Source: a virus
Taxonomy: Duplodnaviria; Caudoviricetes
Reading direction: 5' to 3' (one strand)
Length of the DNA: 64,000 bases
Virus record (IMG/VR): IMGVR_UViG_3300044981_000214
Shown here: piece by piece, positions 30,301 to 38,698 of the stretch
Numbering within the stretch: position 1 is the first letter of the stretch
How the letters are laid out: every line of letters begins with the position of its first letter
Position numbers and translations under genes: made by a program
Notes under the pieces: model-generated
Databases searched by the model: none
Seen by the model: the letters and a program-made list of their open reading frames with translations, nothing else
Told to the model about the DNA's origin: nothing

Positions 30301-30529
30301 GCTGAATCTGACCAACGACCACGACCGTGCTGTCTATGAGTCCGCTAAGAAAACAGCTGAAGCTGTTTCTCGCTGGCCTGCGTGGAAACGTGGTGAGGGC
30401 GTGCCGTCGTGTGGCTGGTATCTGATAGACTTCATGCACTGCGATATCTGCGATGCGCTAGCTGTATGGAAGCATCCTGATGGCGGTTATCGTTGTGAGC
30501 GCTGTCCGAGGCCCGAAAAAGATGAATAA
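30281..30529 (+). CDS. hypothetical protein
   Basis: CDIC and CERC motifs. Confidence 0.45.
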   Translation: MGVKKIKLNLTNDHDRAVYESAKKTAEAVSRWPAWKRGEGVPSCGWYLIDFMHCDICDALAVWKHPDGGYRCERCPRPEKDE

Positions 30530-31232
30530 TTTTAAACAGTTTCGTTATCTCTTGATCGAGGGTATCGATGCCTCAGGCAAGACAACGCTAACTAAAGCGC
30601 TTGTGGGACGACTTCAGGATTACTTTGGCGCAGGCAAAGTCTTGTCGCTCGCATTCCCAAACCGCGCGACAGCCATTGGCTATTTGATTCGTGATAGCTT
30701 TGACGGCAAGGTAACGTTCAATAGCAACACAATGTGGTGGCTATTGTTGGCCGAGGCTGTAGAGATGGATCCGATGATAGCAGACCAGTTAGCCCATGGG
30801 TATTGGGTAGTGTCTGATCGCCATGTTCAGATCAGCTCGAAAATCTATCAAGAGGCGATATACGGAACCGCGACAATCAATACCGTGATCAAGGCAGCAA
30901 ATCTGAGAAAGCCTGACAGAATCTACATACTAGATGTGCCAGCTGAAGTTGCGCTGGAACGGCGAGCAAAACGGGGTGAGGCCAGAAATGAACGCTATGA
31001 ACCTGATGAAGTCGATGGCGTCATCGCACAGCGTAGAGCCTACAATTTCGTTGCCGATCAAGACGAAACCGCCATTAGACTTGATGGTACCAAATCCATT
31101 GAACATAATGTGAATGTGATTTGGGCCGATTTGGGCTTACCCGAAGGGGCCGCTACGATTAAGTATCGTAGAGGCGAGGTTGACGGTCGCAACGGACATC
31201 CCCCTTCAGATGGAATTGAGAAATCCAAATGA
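30522..31232 (+). CDS. tmk: thymidylate kinase
   Basis: IEGIDASGKTT, AFP, VVSDRH..SS..YQ, PDRIYILDVP. Confidence 0.88.
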   Translation: MNNFKQFRYLLIEGIDASGKTTLTKALVGRLQDYFGAGKVLSLAFPNRATAIGYLIRDSFDGKVTFNSNTMWWLLLAEAVEMDPMIADQLAHGYWVVSDRHVQISSKIYQEAIYGTATINTVIKAANLRKPDRIYILDVPAEVALERRAKRGEARNERYEPDEVDGVIAQRRAYNFVADQDETAIRLDGTKSIEHNVNVIWADLGLPEGAATIKYRRGEVDGRNGHPPSDGIEKSK

Positions 31233-31645
31233 CCAATGATCCAAGTAAGTTCTGTGAAGCCTTCGATAAGTGGGCTGAACTGCTGATGGGTTCGCGGGAT
31301 AATCCTACAGGTGAAGGTCTTAAGGAGGCGTCTCAGTTCGAGGAGGCATGGCAATACCTTCGCTTAAAGATCAGCAAGTCCTGTCTACTTGACCGTATGA
31401 TTTATGGCGGGGAACAACCGAGTCAGACACCTTGTCCAGTGCACAAAGGCCAATGGACTGGAATTCATTTACCTGAACAGTTCACTCGGCCAATGGATGC
31501 ATTATCCGCGCAGATGTGCGGTTGCTATCCCGAAGGTGAAGGTAAAAGCTGGCGAGACCTTGGCTGTCGGTGCGATCAACACAAGTGCGGGTGTACAACC
31601 GGATGGAATCCTGATGATCACTGTGGGTGTGGCGTTAAAGCGTGA
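31229..31645 (+). CDS. hypothetical Cys-rich protein
   Basis: Coupled ORF. Confidence 0.55.
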   Translation: MTNDPSKFCEAFDKWAELLMGSRDNPTGEGLKEASQFEEAWQYLRLKISKSCLLDRMIYGGEQPSQTPCPVHKGQWTGIHLPEQFTRPMDALSAQMCGCYPEGEGKSWRDLGCRCDQHKCGCTTGWNPDDHCGCGVKA

Positions 31646-31879
31646 TTGTCCACCCGAGGAGCCTCTATGGGCAGTCTGAACTTCATCGCGTATAAGAATT
31701 CGGTCATCGTGGAGATTCACGCCGAAGGTGATCCATACGGTCACGATGGATGCAATAGCGTAGACTGTCACTGGGTCTCGGACAGTTACGAAACGATGTA
31801 CCTAGACATCGACACTGCTAAGGAGCTTCGACGAAAACTCGATGATGCCATCAAGCAAGCGCAGAAGATGCTAACGTGA
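31646..31879 (+). CDS. hypothetical protein
   Basis: GAGGAG RBS before MGSLNF. Confidence 0.5.
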   Translation: MSTRGASMGSLNFIAYKNSVIVEIHAEGDPYGHDGCNSVDCHWVSDSYETMYLDIDTAKELRRKLDDAIKQAQKMLT

Positions 31880-32091
31880 TCTATGCTCAGTTTCTGACTT
31901 GGATAAGTGAAAGCATGAATAGAAAAGTTGAATTACACGCGGAGTTGATGGCAAATCTGTTGAAGGCAAATGGAGCCGGACGACAAGTCGAACATCCACA
32001 AGCTATATCTAACGTAGTAGCCATATCGCTATGGCTGTTCGCGCTAGTAATCGGACTGGCCGTTTTGACGATAGTCACGCAATTTTCATGA
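31876..32091 (+). CDS. small membrane protein
   Basis: C-terminal hydrophobic helix. Confidence 0.5.
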   Translation: MIYAQFLTWISESMNRKVELHAELMANLLKANGAGRQVEHPQAISNVVAISLWLFALVIGLAVLTIVTQFS

Positions 32092-32984
32092 ACCAGATTA
32101 CGCTACCACATACAGAAAGCACGATACCGCCGCGAGCTGGTTGCCTACCATTGATTAAATGGGTAGGAGGTAAGAGAGCTTTAGTTCCCTTCCTGTCGCC
32201 CATTATTCATGAGCTATTAACGGCGTCACATGGTCGCTACATCGAGCCTTTTCTTGGTGGTGGTGCTCTTGCACTCGACCTAGGCCAGCCAAATATGATG
32301 CTGGCTGACTGCTGCAAGCCTCTTGTCACTATGTATCAAGGCGTGAAGAAAAATCCTGCAGCCGTTCATCGATTACTGACCGAACTGGTTTCTGAAGGCG
32401 TTGACAAGGAATCGTATTTGCGGGTCCGTGCCATTCACAACGAGACCAAGGTTTCAGGAGTACTGCTAGGTGCAGCACGATTTCTCTATCTCAGCGCGCT
32501 GTCGTTCAATGGACTCTATCGAGAAAACAGCAAGGGAGAATTCAACGTTCCGTGGGGGCAGAACGCCAAAGGCCAAAACCAGAAGCGTCGGATACCTAGT
32601 TTGGAAGAAATCCAAGCAGTAGCGCGTGCACTGGCGACTAGTGAAGTTATAGTTAGCGACTTTAGCGGTTTAGTAAATCGAGCAGAACGAGGTGATGCGA
32701 TTTATGGAGACCCACCCTACTATGAAACCTTTACGAACTATACTTCCAACGGCTTTATGGAACAAGACCAAGCTGATTTGGCTGTCACGCTCAAGTTAGC
32801 GCACGAACGCGGTGTCTACGTTTTCGCCTCTAACATAGACCATCCTAGAATTCGCGAGCTGTATGCCTGGGCCTATATAACGCCTGTTACTGAGAAGCAC
32901 ACGGTTGGTGCTACTGGAGCCAGACGAGGTGCCAAGAAAGCAGTACTGATAGCGGGGCACTCAGATTACCTGAGGCAACGATGA
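32088..32984 (+). CDS. dam: Dam-like (D12 class) DNA adenine methyltransferase
   Basis: IKWVGGK, YIEPFLGGG, FNGLYREN.KGEFNVPWG, YGDPPY. Confidence 0.9.
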   Translation: MNQITLPHTESTIPPRAGCLPLIKWVGGKRALVPFLSPIIHELLTASHGRYIEPFLGGGALALDLGQPNMMLADCCKPLVTMYQGVKKNPAAVHRLLTELVSEGVDKESYLRVRAIHNETKVSGVLLGAARFLYLSALSFNGLYRENSKGEFNVPWGQNAKGQNQKRRIPSLEEIQAVARALATSEVIVSDFSGLVNRAERGDAIYGDPPYYETFTNYTSNGFMEQDQADLAVTLKLAHERGVYVFASNIDHPRIRELYAWAYITPVTEKHTVGATGARRGAKKAVLIAGHSDYLRQR

Positions 32985-33265
32985 TCTCTCAAGATGATGT
33001 TCTGTGGGCTATACGTGCGTTGAGTGCTGCACGAGAATTCGTTAAGGCAGAAGAGATGGCACGCGAGTTTGATCTTAGACCCTACTGTCGAATCTGTAGT
33101 GCGCCTATGACATTCGACACGCGAACCTGGTTGCTGATCGGAGGGCGTTGTGTATTCGCTTGTCTCGATTGTGTAAATAATGATTCTTACCTGTTCAATA
33201 TTCAGCGCACTCAATTCGTAGACTCTTTTCGCTACTATAAAGTTAGCGAACAGGACATCGAATAG
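32981..33265 (+). CDS. hypothetical protein
   Basis: CRIC and CLDC motifs; coupled. Confidence 0.5.
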   Translation: MISQDDVLWAIRALSAAREFVKAEEMAREFDLRPYCRICSAPMTFDTRTWLLIGGRCVFACLDCVNNDSYLFNIQRTQFVDSFRYYKVSEQDIE

Positions 33266-33268
33266 CCT

Positions 33269-33463
33269 TTAGTAATCGCTTCCCGGTTGGCCACTAGCGT
33301 TAGAGTTTGTGCATTCCAGTTCGTGATTAGTAGCTTTAGGACAACGCTTGTTGCCACAAGATTCACAGGTGACAAAGGTACGGGCTACCGCACGAGCGAG
33401 TCCTGAGAGATGTGCAAGCGCCGCGTCTTCACATTTACGACAGCAGTAGATGCTTGTCTTCAT
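33269..33463 (-). CDS. small Cys-rich phage protein
   Basis: C..CGNKRCP.A..H..CTNSN..GQPGS motif. Confidence 0.6.
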   Translation of the reverse strand: MKTSIYCCRKCEDAALAHLSGLARAVARTFVTCESCGNKRCPKATNHELECTNSNASGQPGSDY

Positions 33464-33747
33464 TTTATCGCCCGCCTCTTCCTTTTGGGCGTTTGCTCGG
33501 TTTCGAACGGAACGCCGTTGACCCAGTACATGCAGATGCTGTGCAGGTCGCCGGGGTCGATACGACCTTCCTGGACGGCGAGCCTGACTCCACGCTCTGT
33601 GATGCCAAACAAATCTGCGAGGTCACTGTAGCTGTATCCCCACAGTTTTGCCCAGGCCTTGGTGGAAGTTCGCTCACTAAGTCTAACTTGCCTGCGCCGA
33701 GTGAAGTGCCGTTTTCTAGTTGAAGCTCGGGGGTATTGGTCGGGCAT
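33460..33747 (-). CDS. helix-turn-helix DNA-binding protein
   Basis: YSYSDLADLFGITERGVR; AAGGAG RBS upstream. Confidence 0.65.
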   Translation of the reverse strand: MPDQYPRASTRKRHFTRRRQVRLSERTSTKAWAKLWGYSYSDLADLFGITERGVRLAVQEGRIDPGDLHSICMYWVNGVPFETEQTPKRKRRAIK

Positions 33748-34097
33748 GGCAAGGGCTCCTTGAATGTAATTGCTATTGAGTCTCCTAGTGGTACAGAGGG
33801 CAAATTATCCAATACAGTAGCGATTGCCTCAGGCCTAATCCATGAGGCATGCAGGTGGTGTGATTGACAAGCAATCAATAGATTGTCAGCTAGCGCTTGG
33901 GCAAGCATGAGACCGCTATAACGTTTAGCTGCGATCAACAGTAATGGAAATGGATTAGCTATCTGAATTTCTCGATAACGTCCTGGTAGATCGTTAGTAG
34001 CGCCGAGCTGAATCGGTCCACAAGGTGCCAGTTGAATGGCATAGACTACGGGGACATTGATCAAGCCGTTTAGGTTATATCTGAGGCACAAATCCAT
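33465..34097 (-). CDS. GIY-YIG/T5orf172-like domain protein, possibly degenerate
   Basis: VVYAIQ...PIQLGAT.....RYREIQIANPFPL; C-terminal half overlaps the HTH gene out of frame. Confidence 0.55.
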   Translation of the reverse strand: MDLCLRYNLNGLINVPVVYAIQLAPCGPIQLGATNDLPGRYREIQIANPFPLLLIAAKRYSGLMLAQALADNLLIACQSHHLHASWIRPEAIATVLDNLPSVPLGDSIAITFKEPLPCPTNTPELQLENGTSLGAGKLDLVSELPPRPGQNCGDTATVTSQICLASQSVESGSPSRKVVSTPATCTASACTGSTAFRSKPSKRPKGRGGR

Positions 34098-34229
34098 GGT
34101 TATTACACGTCAGTCTAGCACATCTTGTTGCGCGTAAGTTCCGTTTCTAAGCCGTCGCCTGTATAGTTGTGATCGCTACTGCGATCAATGCTTGACGTAT
34201 AGGAATAGTAGTGGGATATTAGTTATACT

Positions 34230-34316
34230 ATGGCACGTAGAAAGAAGCACTGCGCACACGGTCGTAAGAAGAGCGGAGCCTGCAAGCGTAAGCCAGGCCG
34301 TAAGCGCGGTCGTTAA
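34230..34316 (+). CDS. protamine-like basic peptide 1 (28 aa)
   Basis: MARRKKHCAHGRKKSGACKRKPGRKRGR; TTGACG-N17-GATATT upstream; paralog follows. Confidence 0.7.
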   Translation: MARRKKHCAHGRKKSGACKRKPGRKRGR

Positions 34317-34369
34317 TTTACTCTTTAGTAACCTGTAACCTGTAACCAACTCAAACCAAGGAAAAAACA

Positions 34370-34465
34370 ATGGCACGTCGTAAGAAGAAGCACTGCAAGT
34401 TTGGCGTTGACAAGCGCAAGGGCAAGAACAGGTGCATTAAGCACCGCCGCGCTAAGCGCCGTTAA
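34370..34465 (+). CDS. protamine-like basic peptide 2 (31 aa)
   Basis: MARRKKKHCKFGVDKRKGKNRCIKHRRAKRR; AAGGA RBS. Confidence 0.75.
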   Translation: MARRKKKHCKFGVDKRKGKNRCIKHRRAKRR

Positions 34466-34472
34466 TCTGGAT

Positions 34473-34601
34473 ATGCGTCGCGCGGTATTTATACACACGC
34501 GACCTATTCGTCTTGAAAGTCCGCGAAGGCGCAATAGGATAAAATCTATTGTGCGTCGGCCTGCATATCATGAGTCGCCTCGGCGACGCGCTTATGCTTG
34601 A
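34473..34601 (+). CDS. Arg-rich peptide (42 aa) with ESPRRR repeat
   Basis: MRRAVFIH...ESPRRRN...ESPRRRAYA; stop codon supplied by the IS right end. Confidence 0.55.
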   Translation: MRRAVFIHTRPIRLESPRRRNRIKSIVRRPAYHESPRRRAYA

Positions 34602-35769
34602 TCGGCTTTGCCCTGAAATTCTTTAGGGCTTCTCCTTCAACGACCTTAAATTTCAAGGCCTCCAGAACCCGCAAGCCGCGGGCTAAAATATTTAGGGCTG
34701 CGTTATGGTCGCGGTCTAATGTTAGGCCGCACTGAGGGCAATCGTGTACTCGGACACTCAAGTCCTTAGGTACCGGTTTGCCGCAGCCGTAACAGTCAAT
34801 CGATGTGCCGCTAGGGTTTACTGCCTGTACCCACTTACCAGCTTCTTCCGCTTTGTTAGTAGTACAAATGATGAAGGCACTCCAAGCAACATCATTGATT
34901 GCTTTACTCAAGCAGTGATTACGAACCATTCCTTTGATGTTCAACGCTTCAAAGGCGATGAGGTCGTACTTTGTTACTAACTCCTTTGCGAGGTGTCGGG
35001 CGTGATTGAGTTTCAAGTTCTTGATACGCTCGTAGGCCTTGGCAAGCTGGACCTTAGCTCTGAAACGGTTGTTGGAGTCCTTCTGCTTACGTGCTAGCTC
35101 TTGGTTGAGACGTTTCAACTTAGCTTCAGACTCACGATAGAACCGTGGGTTGGGGATGTGCTCACCGTTAGAGAGCGTCGCGAAGTGAGTCAAGCCGACA
35201 TCGATGCCAATCGCGGTTCCTGTGTTGTTCTTGTTCGGTGAAGGGCCAAGCTCAAGAACTAAACTGATAGCCCAATTCCCTGTACTCTTGTACTTTACGC
35301 TTACCTGCTTTATCTTCGCGTGCGCAGGTATCTTACGGTATAGATTGAATTTTACATAGCCGAGAGTTGGAATCTTGATCCGATTCTTAACTATTCTGGT
35401 CTTAGGGAACGTAAATGAGGCGTACCGGCGCGCACCTTTGTATCGTGGATAGCCTGGTACATCACCTTGCTTCACGCGTCTAAAGAAGGCAAGGAAAGCG
35501 CGATCGAGCCGAGTAATAGCTGACCTAAGAACGTCAACTGAGATTGCGCCCCATTCAAGGTCTTTCCTAAGTTCAGTCAGTTCTATCGTCTGATCAAATC
35601 GACTTATCGCCTTCTTCTGTGTCGTATACGCATGAGTACGCTGTTCCAAACAAGCGTTATAGAGCCAGCGGCAATGCTTGATCCAATCAAATAGTGTCTC
35701 TGCTTGTTTGGGCGTAGGCAATAGCGGATATGTGTAACTACGAAGCAAGCGGACGACATTTAAGCACAT
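34546..35769 (-). CDS. tnpB: TnpB RNA-guided endonuclease
   Basis: HTH LLPT..Q, RuvC-I GIDVG, RuvC-II IAFEAL, Zn ribbon CYGC/CPQC, RuvC-III DRDHNAALNI; catalytic D-E-D intact. Confidence 0.95.
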   Translation of the reverse strand: MCLNVVRLLRSYTYPLLPTPKQAETLFDWIKHCRWLYNACLEQRTHAYTTQKKAISRFDQTIELTELRKDLEWGAISVDVLRSAITRLDRAFLAFFRRVKQGDVPGYPRYKGARRYASFTFPKTRIVKNRIKIPTLGYVKFNLYRKIPAHAKIKQVSVKYKSTGNWAISLVLELGPSPNKNNTGTAIGIDVGLTHFATLSNGEHIPNPRFYRESEAKLKRLNQELARKQKDSNNRFRAKVQLAKAYERIKNLKLNHARHLAKELVTKYDLIAFEALNIKGMVRNHCLSKAINDVAWSAFIICTTNKAEEAGKWVQAVNPSGTSIDCYGCGKPVPKDLSVRVHDCPQCGLTLDRDHNAALNILARGLRVLEALKFKVVEGEALKNFRAKPIKHKRVAEATHDMQADAQ

Positions 35770-35792
35770 GAACCATTACATGACAAGTGGTT
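34598..35792 (-). mobile_element. IS200/IS605-family element carrying tnpB only (IS1341-like)
   Basis: Minus strand: TTAC target, AACCA..TGGTT left hairpin, tnpB, GCCCT..AGGGC right hairpin, TCAA end; no tnpA. Confidence 0.75.
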
Positions 35793-35825
35793 GTAAGACC
35801 TAATTGAATATTGTAAGCTTATCTT

Positions 35826-35954
35826 ATGGCAATCAAACCGATGGTCCTAGGTCTAGTAGGCCGTCGGACAAATAAACGCATTTGTGTAAAGGTCGGTCGT
35901 CGTGTCTACTGCGGTAGACGTGTCAAACGTCAAGCAAGGCTTAAACTTAGGTAG
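35826..35954 (+). CDS. cationic Cys-pair peptide (42 aa)
   Basis: MAIKPMVLGLVGRRTNKRICVKVGRRVYCGRRVKRQARLKLR; TTGTAA-N17-TAAGCT-N6-ATG. Confidence 0.65.
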   Translation: MAIKPMVLGLVGRRTNKRICVKVGRRVYCGRRVKRQARLKLR

Positions 35955-35963
35955 GATCCTGAT

Positions 35964-36251
35964 ATGCCCATTAAGCCAGTAACTGTCATCGCGAAAGGTC
36001 CCCTAAAGAACGTTCAGCGTGCAGCAGCACGTTATGACGTTCCCGTTTCTGACTGTCGAGCTATTGGCGGTGACGTACAGTGTCACACGTTATGCAGCGC
36101 TGAAGCTAATATGGCTGAATGGTTCTCAGCACGTGGGCGTGTCAAGCAGGGAAGAGGATTCCCGCCTGGCACGCTTCTCTATTATTCCGGCAAGTGCGGG
36201 ACACGCGAGCTAGGGACAAGACGTTCGCGTAAACGTACGCGGAGGCGCTAA
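35964..36251 (+). CDS. basic protein with ELG motif and Arg tail
   Basis: Ends GTRELGTRRSRKRTRRR; TAGGAT-N6-ATG. Confidence 0.65.
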   Translation: MPIKPVTVIAKGPLKNVQRAAARYDVPVSDCRAIGGDVQCHTLCSAEANMAEWFSARGRVKQGRGFPPGTLLYYSGKCGTRELGTRRSRKRTRRR

Positions 36252-36256
36252 AAGCC

Positions 36257-36817
36257 GTGCGACGGCATCGTTCAACAGGCTTCGGTGACACGCCTGAAGA
36301 GGCGTGGATGATTGCGCGTGATGCTATTGAGGAGGAAAAGCCAGGCTACCAGGAGCGCGTATCTCAGATAGTTAAGCAGGGTAAAGATTTGCTTAACGCT
36401 GAAGACATTAAGACAGGTAGAAAATCTGTCCCCCGTGACTTGTTGCCATACGACCTCGAACGTAATCCGCGGATCAAGACTACGTACTCGATAATAACAC
36501 CTGAATCAGCAGAAATTGGTGACACAGCAGAACGTGGTTGGATCGACGAGGAAGGCGAATCGATGTTACCCGCTGATGAAGACGAGACAGTCATCGATCG
36601 GGCAGTAGCATTTCTGCTGAGTGAAGGTATTACTGAGTCGTCATCATCGGGCAGTTACGGCAGATGGCCAGGTCCTGGAATTTGGTATTCAACACAATTT
36701 GAAATGGACTATTCTACAGGCAATGAGGAAGAGCGTTCATTTCATCTATATGAGTTTACTGATGACGAGGAGAAAGCTATATACTTTGCCTTGAAGTCAA
36801 AGATTAGATCCCTATGA
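36257..36817 (+). CDS. acidic hypothetical protein with basic leader
   Basis: MRRHRSTGFGDTP leader; TYSIITPESAEIGD..ERGW motif. Confidence 0.65.
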   Translation: MRRHRSTGFGDTPEEAWMIARDAIEEEKPGYQERVSQIVKQGKDLLNAEDIKTGRKSVPRDLLPYDLERNPRIKTTYSIITPESAEIGDTAERGWIDEEGESMLPADEDETVIDRAVAFLLSEGITESSSSGSYGRWPGPGIWYSTQFEMDYSTGNEEERSFHLYEFTDDEEKAIYFALKSKIRSL

Positions 36818-37146
36818 GACGCAAACCTTGTCCAGCTGGCAAGACGCCAGACATCAACCGTGGCGGCTGTCGTCTAATCGGTAAGATCGGCAATCGCCAA
36901 CTGGGCAGCACACGACCGCTAGTTACGAATCCTACTGAGAACGCTGCACGGATCGTTGAACGTGCATTTGAGAACTGCCAGGATCGTCGCGGACGCGCTT
37001 TTTGGCAAAATAATCGCTGGTTCGTTGAAGATGATAAGCGCCGCGTTTATGCTGCTCTAGATGCGTCTCCAGGCTGTGCAGGGTCGAATATTGACTTCAC
37101 CCAAGTGAAGAGTTTTGGGCAGGTCGATAGGAAGAAAAAACGCTGA
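36814..37146 (+). CDS. basic hypothetical protein
   Basis: NRQLGST and SFGQVDRKKKR. Confidence 0.6.
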   Translation: MRRKPCPAGKTPDINRGGCRLIGKIGNRQLGSTRPLVTNPTENAARIVERAFENCQDRRGRAFWQNNRWFVEDDKRRVYAALDASPGCAGSNIDFTQVKSFGQVDRKKKR

Positions 37147-37184
37147 ATTGTGTGATAAGCTAGGTTAAAGAAAGGCTTAATCAA

Positions 37185-37883
37185 ATGGTTTCAGTTTTTA
37201 CTCTAGAGGGCCTTTCTCCACAGCAACTCAGTCTGTTGGGTACACCTACGGACACCAGTTTCTGGAATACCGGTGAGAATTACCAGACACTAAATACAGT
37301 CGCCAAGCCGCCCGCTAACGTTCGTCGCATGGAAAATTATCAGCCTTCTGGATTGCCTCAAGCGATGGCCAATCAGCCAAGCCTAGGCAATCCGCCTATC
37401 CAGTATTTCAACATGAACGACACGGGGCCATTACAGCGGGCTCTGGACAATAGACTGCATTTGGGCGACACACCGATTATTGAATATGGTGTGTTCGCTC
37501 ACAACAATCCACGTATGCTTGGCGACATTGCTACGCAGCCTAGCAACGTTCCAACGAATCCTAATACAGTCTACTACCCTATCAACTACGGTGGACCGTA
37601 TGCGCCACACGGTAAAGTTATCGGACCACAGAGGCCATTCACTTACGTTTACGGTGCAGGTGGTACGCCGACATCGTACGGTTGGACACCTCCGCCACGC
37701 GGCGCGATTACTGATTATGCTAACCCGACGCCCAATTTCGTGTCGTTCAGCGGGCCACAACAGTTAGGCCATTATGGTCACGGCTATCGGTATGAAGACA
37801 GCGACTGTAGCCCGAATTGGGTCGTTGCAGGCGTTGGGATGGCGCTAGGCGCAGCTGTAGTTTGGCTATTGGGCAAACGCTAG
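37185..37883 (+). CDS. LG-repeat Pro/Asn/Gly-rich protein with C-terminal membrane anchor
   Basis: Five LG sites; ends CSPNWVVAGVGMALGAAVVWLLGKR. Confidence 0.7.
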   Translation: MVSVFTLEGLSPQQLSLLGTPTDTSFWNTGENYQTLNTVAKPPANVRRMENYQPSGLPQAMANQPSLGNPPIQYFNMNDTGPLQRALDNRLHLGDTPIIEYGVFAHNNPRMLGDIATQPSNVPTNPNTVYYPINYGGPYAPHGKVIGPQRPFTYVYGAGGTPTSYGWTPPPRGAITDYANPTPNFVSFSGPQQLGHYGHGYRYEDSDCSPNWVVAGVGMALGAAVVWLLGKR

Positions 37884-37916
37884 CGCTGATGGGAGCTTTC
37901 GCGTAGACTGTTAGAC

Positions 37917-38198
37917 ATGAGACAGCTCGTGTTCGCAATTATTGGCTTGGGACGAGAGAATATGGCTCGTGTGACGAGCGCTGATCCACGATGTGCGTTG
38001 GATGTCGCCATCGCACAAGCGCAGGTGCCTCACCCGATTGATAAAGACATTCGTAAGTGTCTTAACGAGATTGTAGAAATGCGGCCCAGCAACGCGGCGA
38101 CTAGCGTTCGGATATCCGAACTACTGATCCGTGGTGATATTGATTACAAGTTTGGCGAAGATTGGACCGTTAGCATCGGAACGGTCGAAGTCATTTAG
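37917..38198 (+). CDS. hypothetical protein
   Basis: TAGACT-N7-ATG. Confidence 0.55.
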   Translation: MRQLVFAIIGLGRENMARVTSADPRCALDVAIAQAQVPHPIDKDIRKCLNEIVEMRPSNAATSVRISELLIRGDIDYKFGEDWTVSIGTVEVI

Positions 38199-38407
38199 AG
38201 CTTAGCAGCTTGGTCCTGTGCGATGTCCTTGCATTCACGCTGTGTCTGCCCTGAGCCGACTATCTTCCAACCGCTAGGGCTCAGAGCAATATGTCTTGCA
38301 GCACAACCCAACGCTGGCCGTGTGCATCCGCCATAGATAGGCGTGATCCACCATTTGCCGCAGTATGATTCGACGTAGTCATTGAACGAACGCTTCCAGC
38401 GAATCAT
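38195..38407 (-). CDS. hypothetical protein
   Basis: Start moved to MIRWKRS. Confidence 0.45.
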   Translation of the reverse strand: MIRWKRSFNDYVESYCGKWWITPIYGGCTRPALGCAARHIALSPSGWKIVGSGQTQRECKDIAQDQAAKL

Positions 38408-38580
38408 TTCTTCAGCTCGCCGTCTGGTGTCGTCTGCGGGTGCTGCGCCCACCACGCATTGAACTTCGCGCTCAGGTCGTCTGGCGACCAGTAGACGCTG
38501 CTCACCTCGTTGGCCGCAGCTTGGTAAGCCTGCCAGGCGACGTCCATCGGACGCAAGAGAGTTCGTTTTTTCTTGGTCAT
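38404..38580 (-). CDS. small hypothetical protein (58 aa)
   Basis: Manually translated MTKKKRTLLRPMDVAWQAY... Confidence 0.45.
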   Translation of the reverse strand: MTKKKRTLLRPMDVAWQAYQAAANEVSSVYWSPDDLSAKFNAWWAQHPQTTPDGELKK

Positions 38581-38584
38581 ATTG

Positions 38585-38683
38585 TTAGCACCAGATCAGT
38601 TGGGCGATAACGGCAATCCAGCCAATTATAATCGACACGCCAATGACAATGTCAAACTTGGTATCTTGTTGTTTGTAAATCAT
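38585..38683 (-). CDS. 32-aa single-TM peptide downstream of SLT gene
   Basis: MIYKQQDTKFDIVIGVSIIIGWIAVIAQLIWC. Confidence 0.4.
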   Translation of the reverse strand: MIYKQQDTKFDIVIGVSIIIGWIAVIAQLIWC

Positions 38684-38698
38684 TGCTATTTGCTTCTC

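Noticed and set aside
34185-34534. Minus-strand ORFs 34185-34376 and 34325-34534
   Set aside because: Shadows of the plus-strand basic peptides, which have RBS/promoter support and paralogy
34578-34597. Second in-window target for the intact TnpB guide
   Set aside because: Only 8-nt matches found (for example near 165 and 34301), as expected by chance
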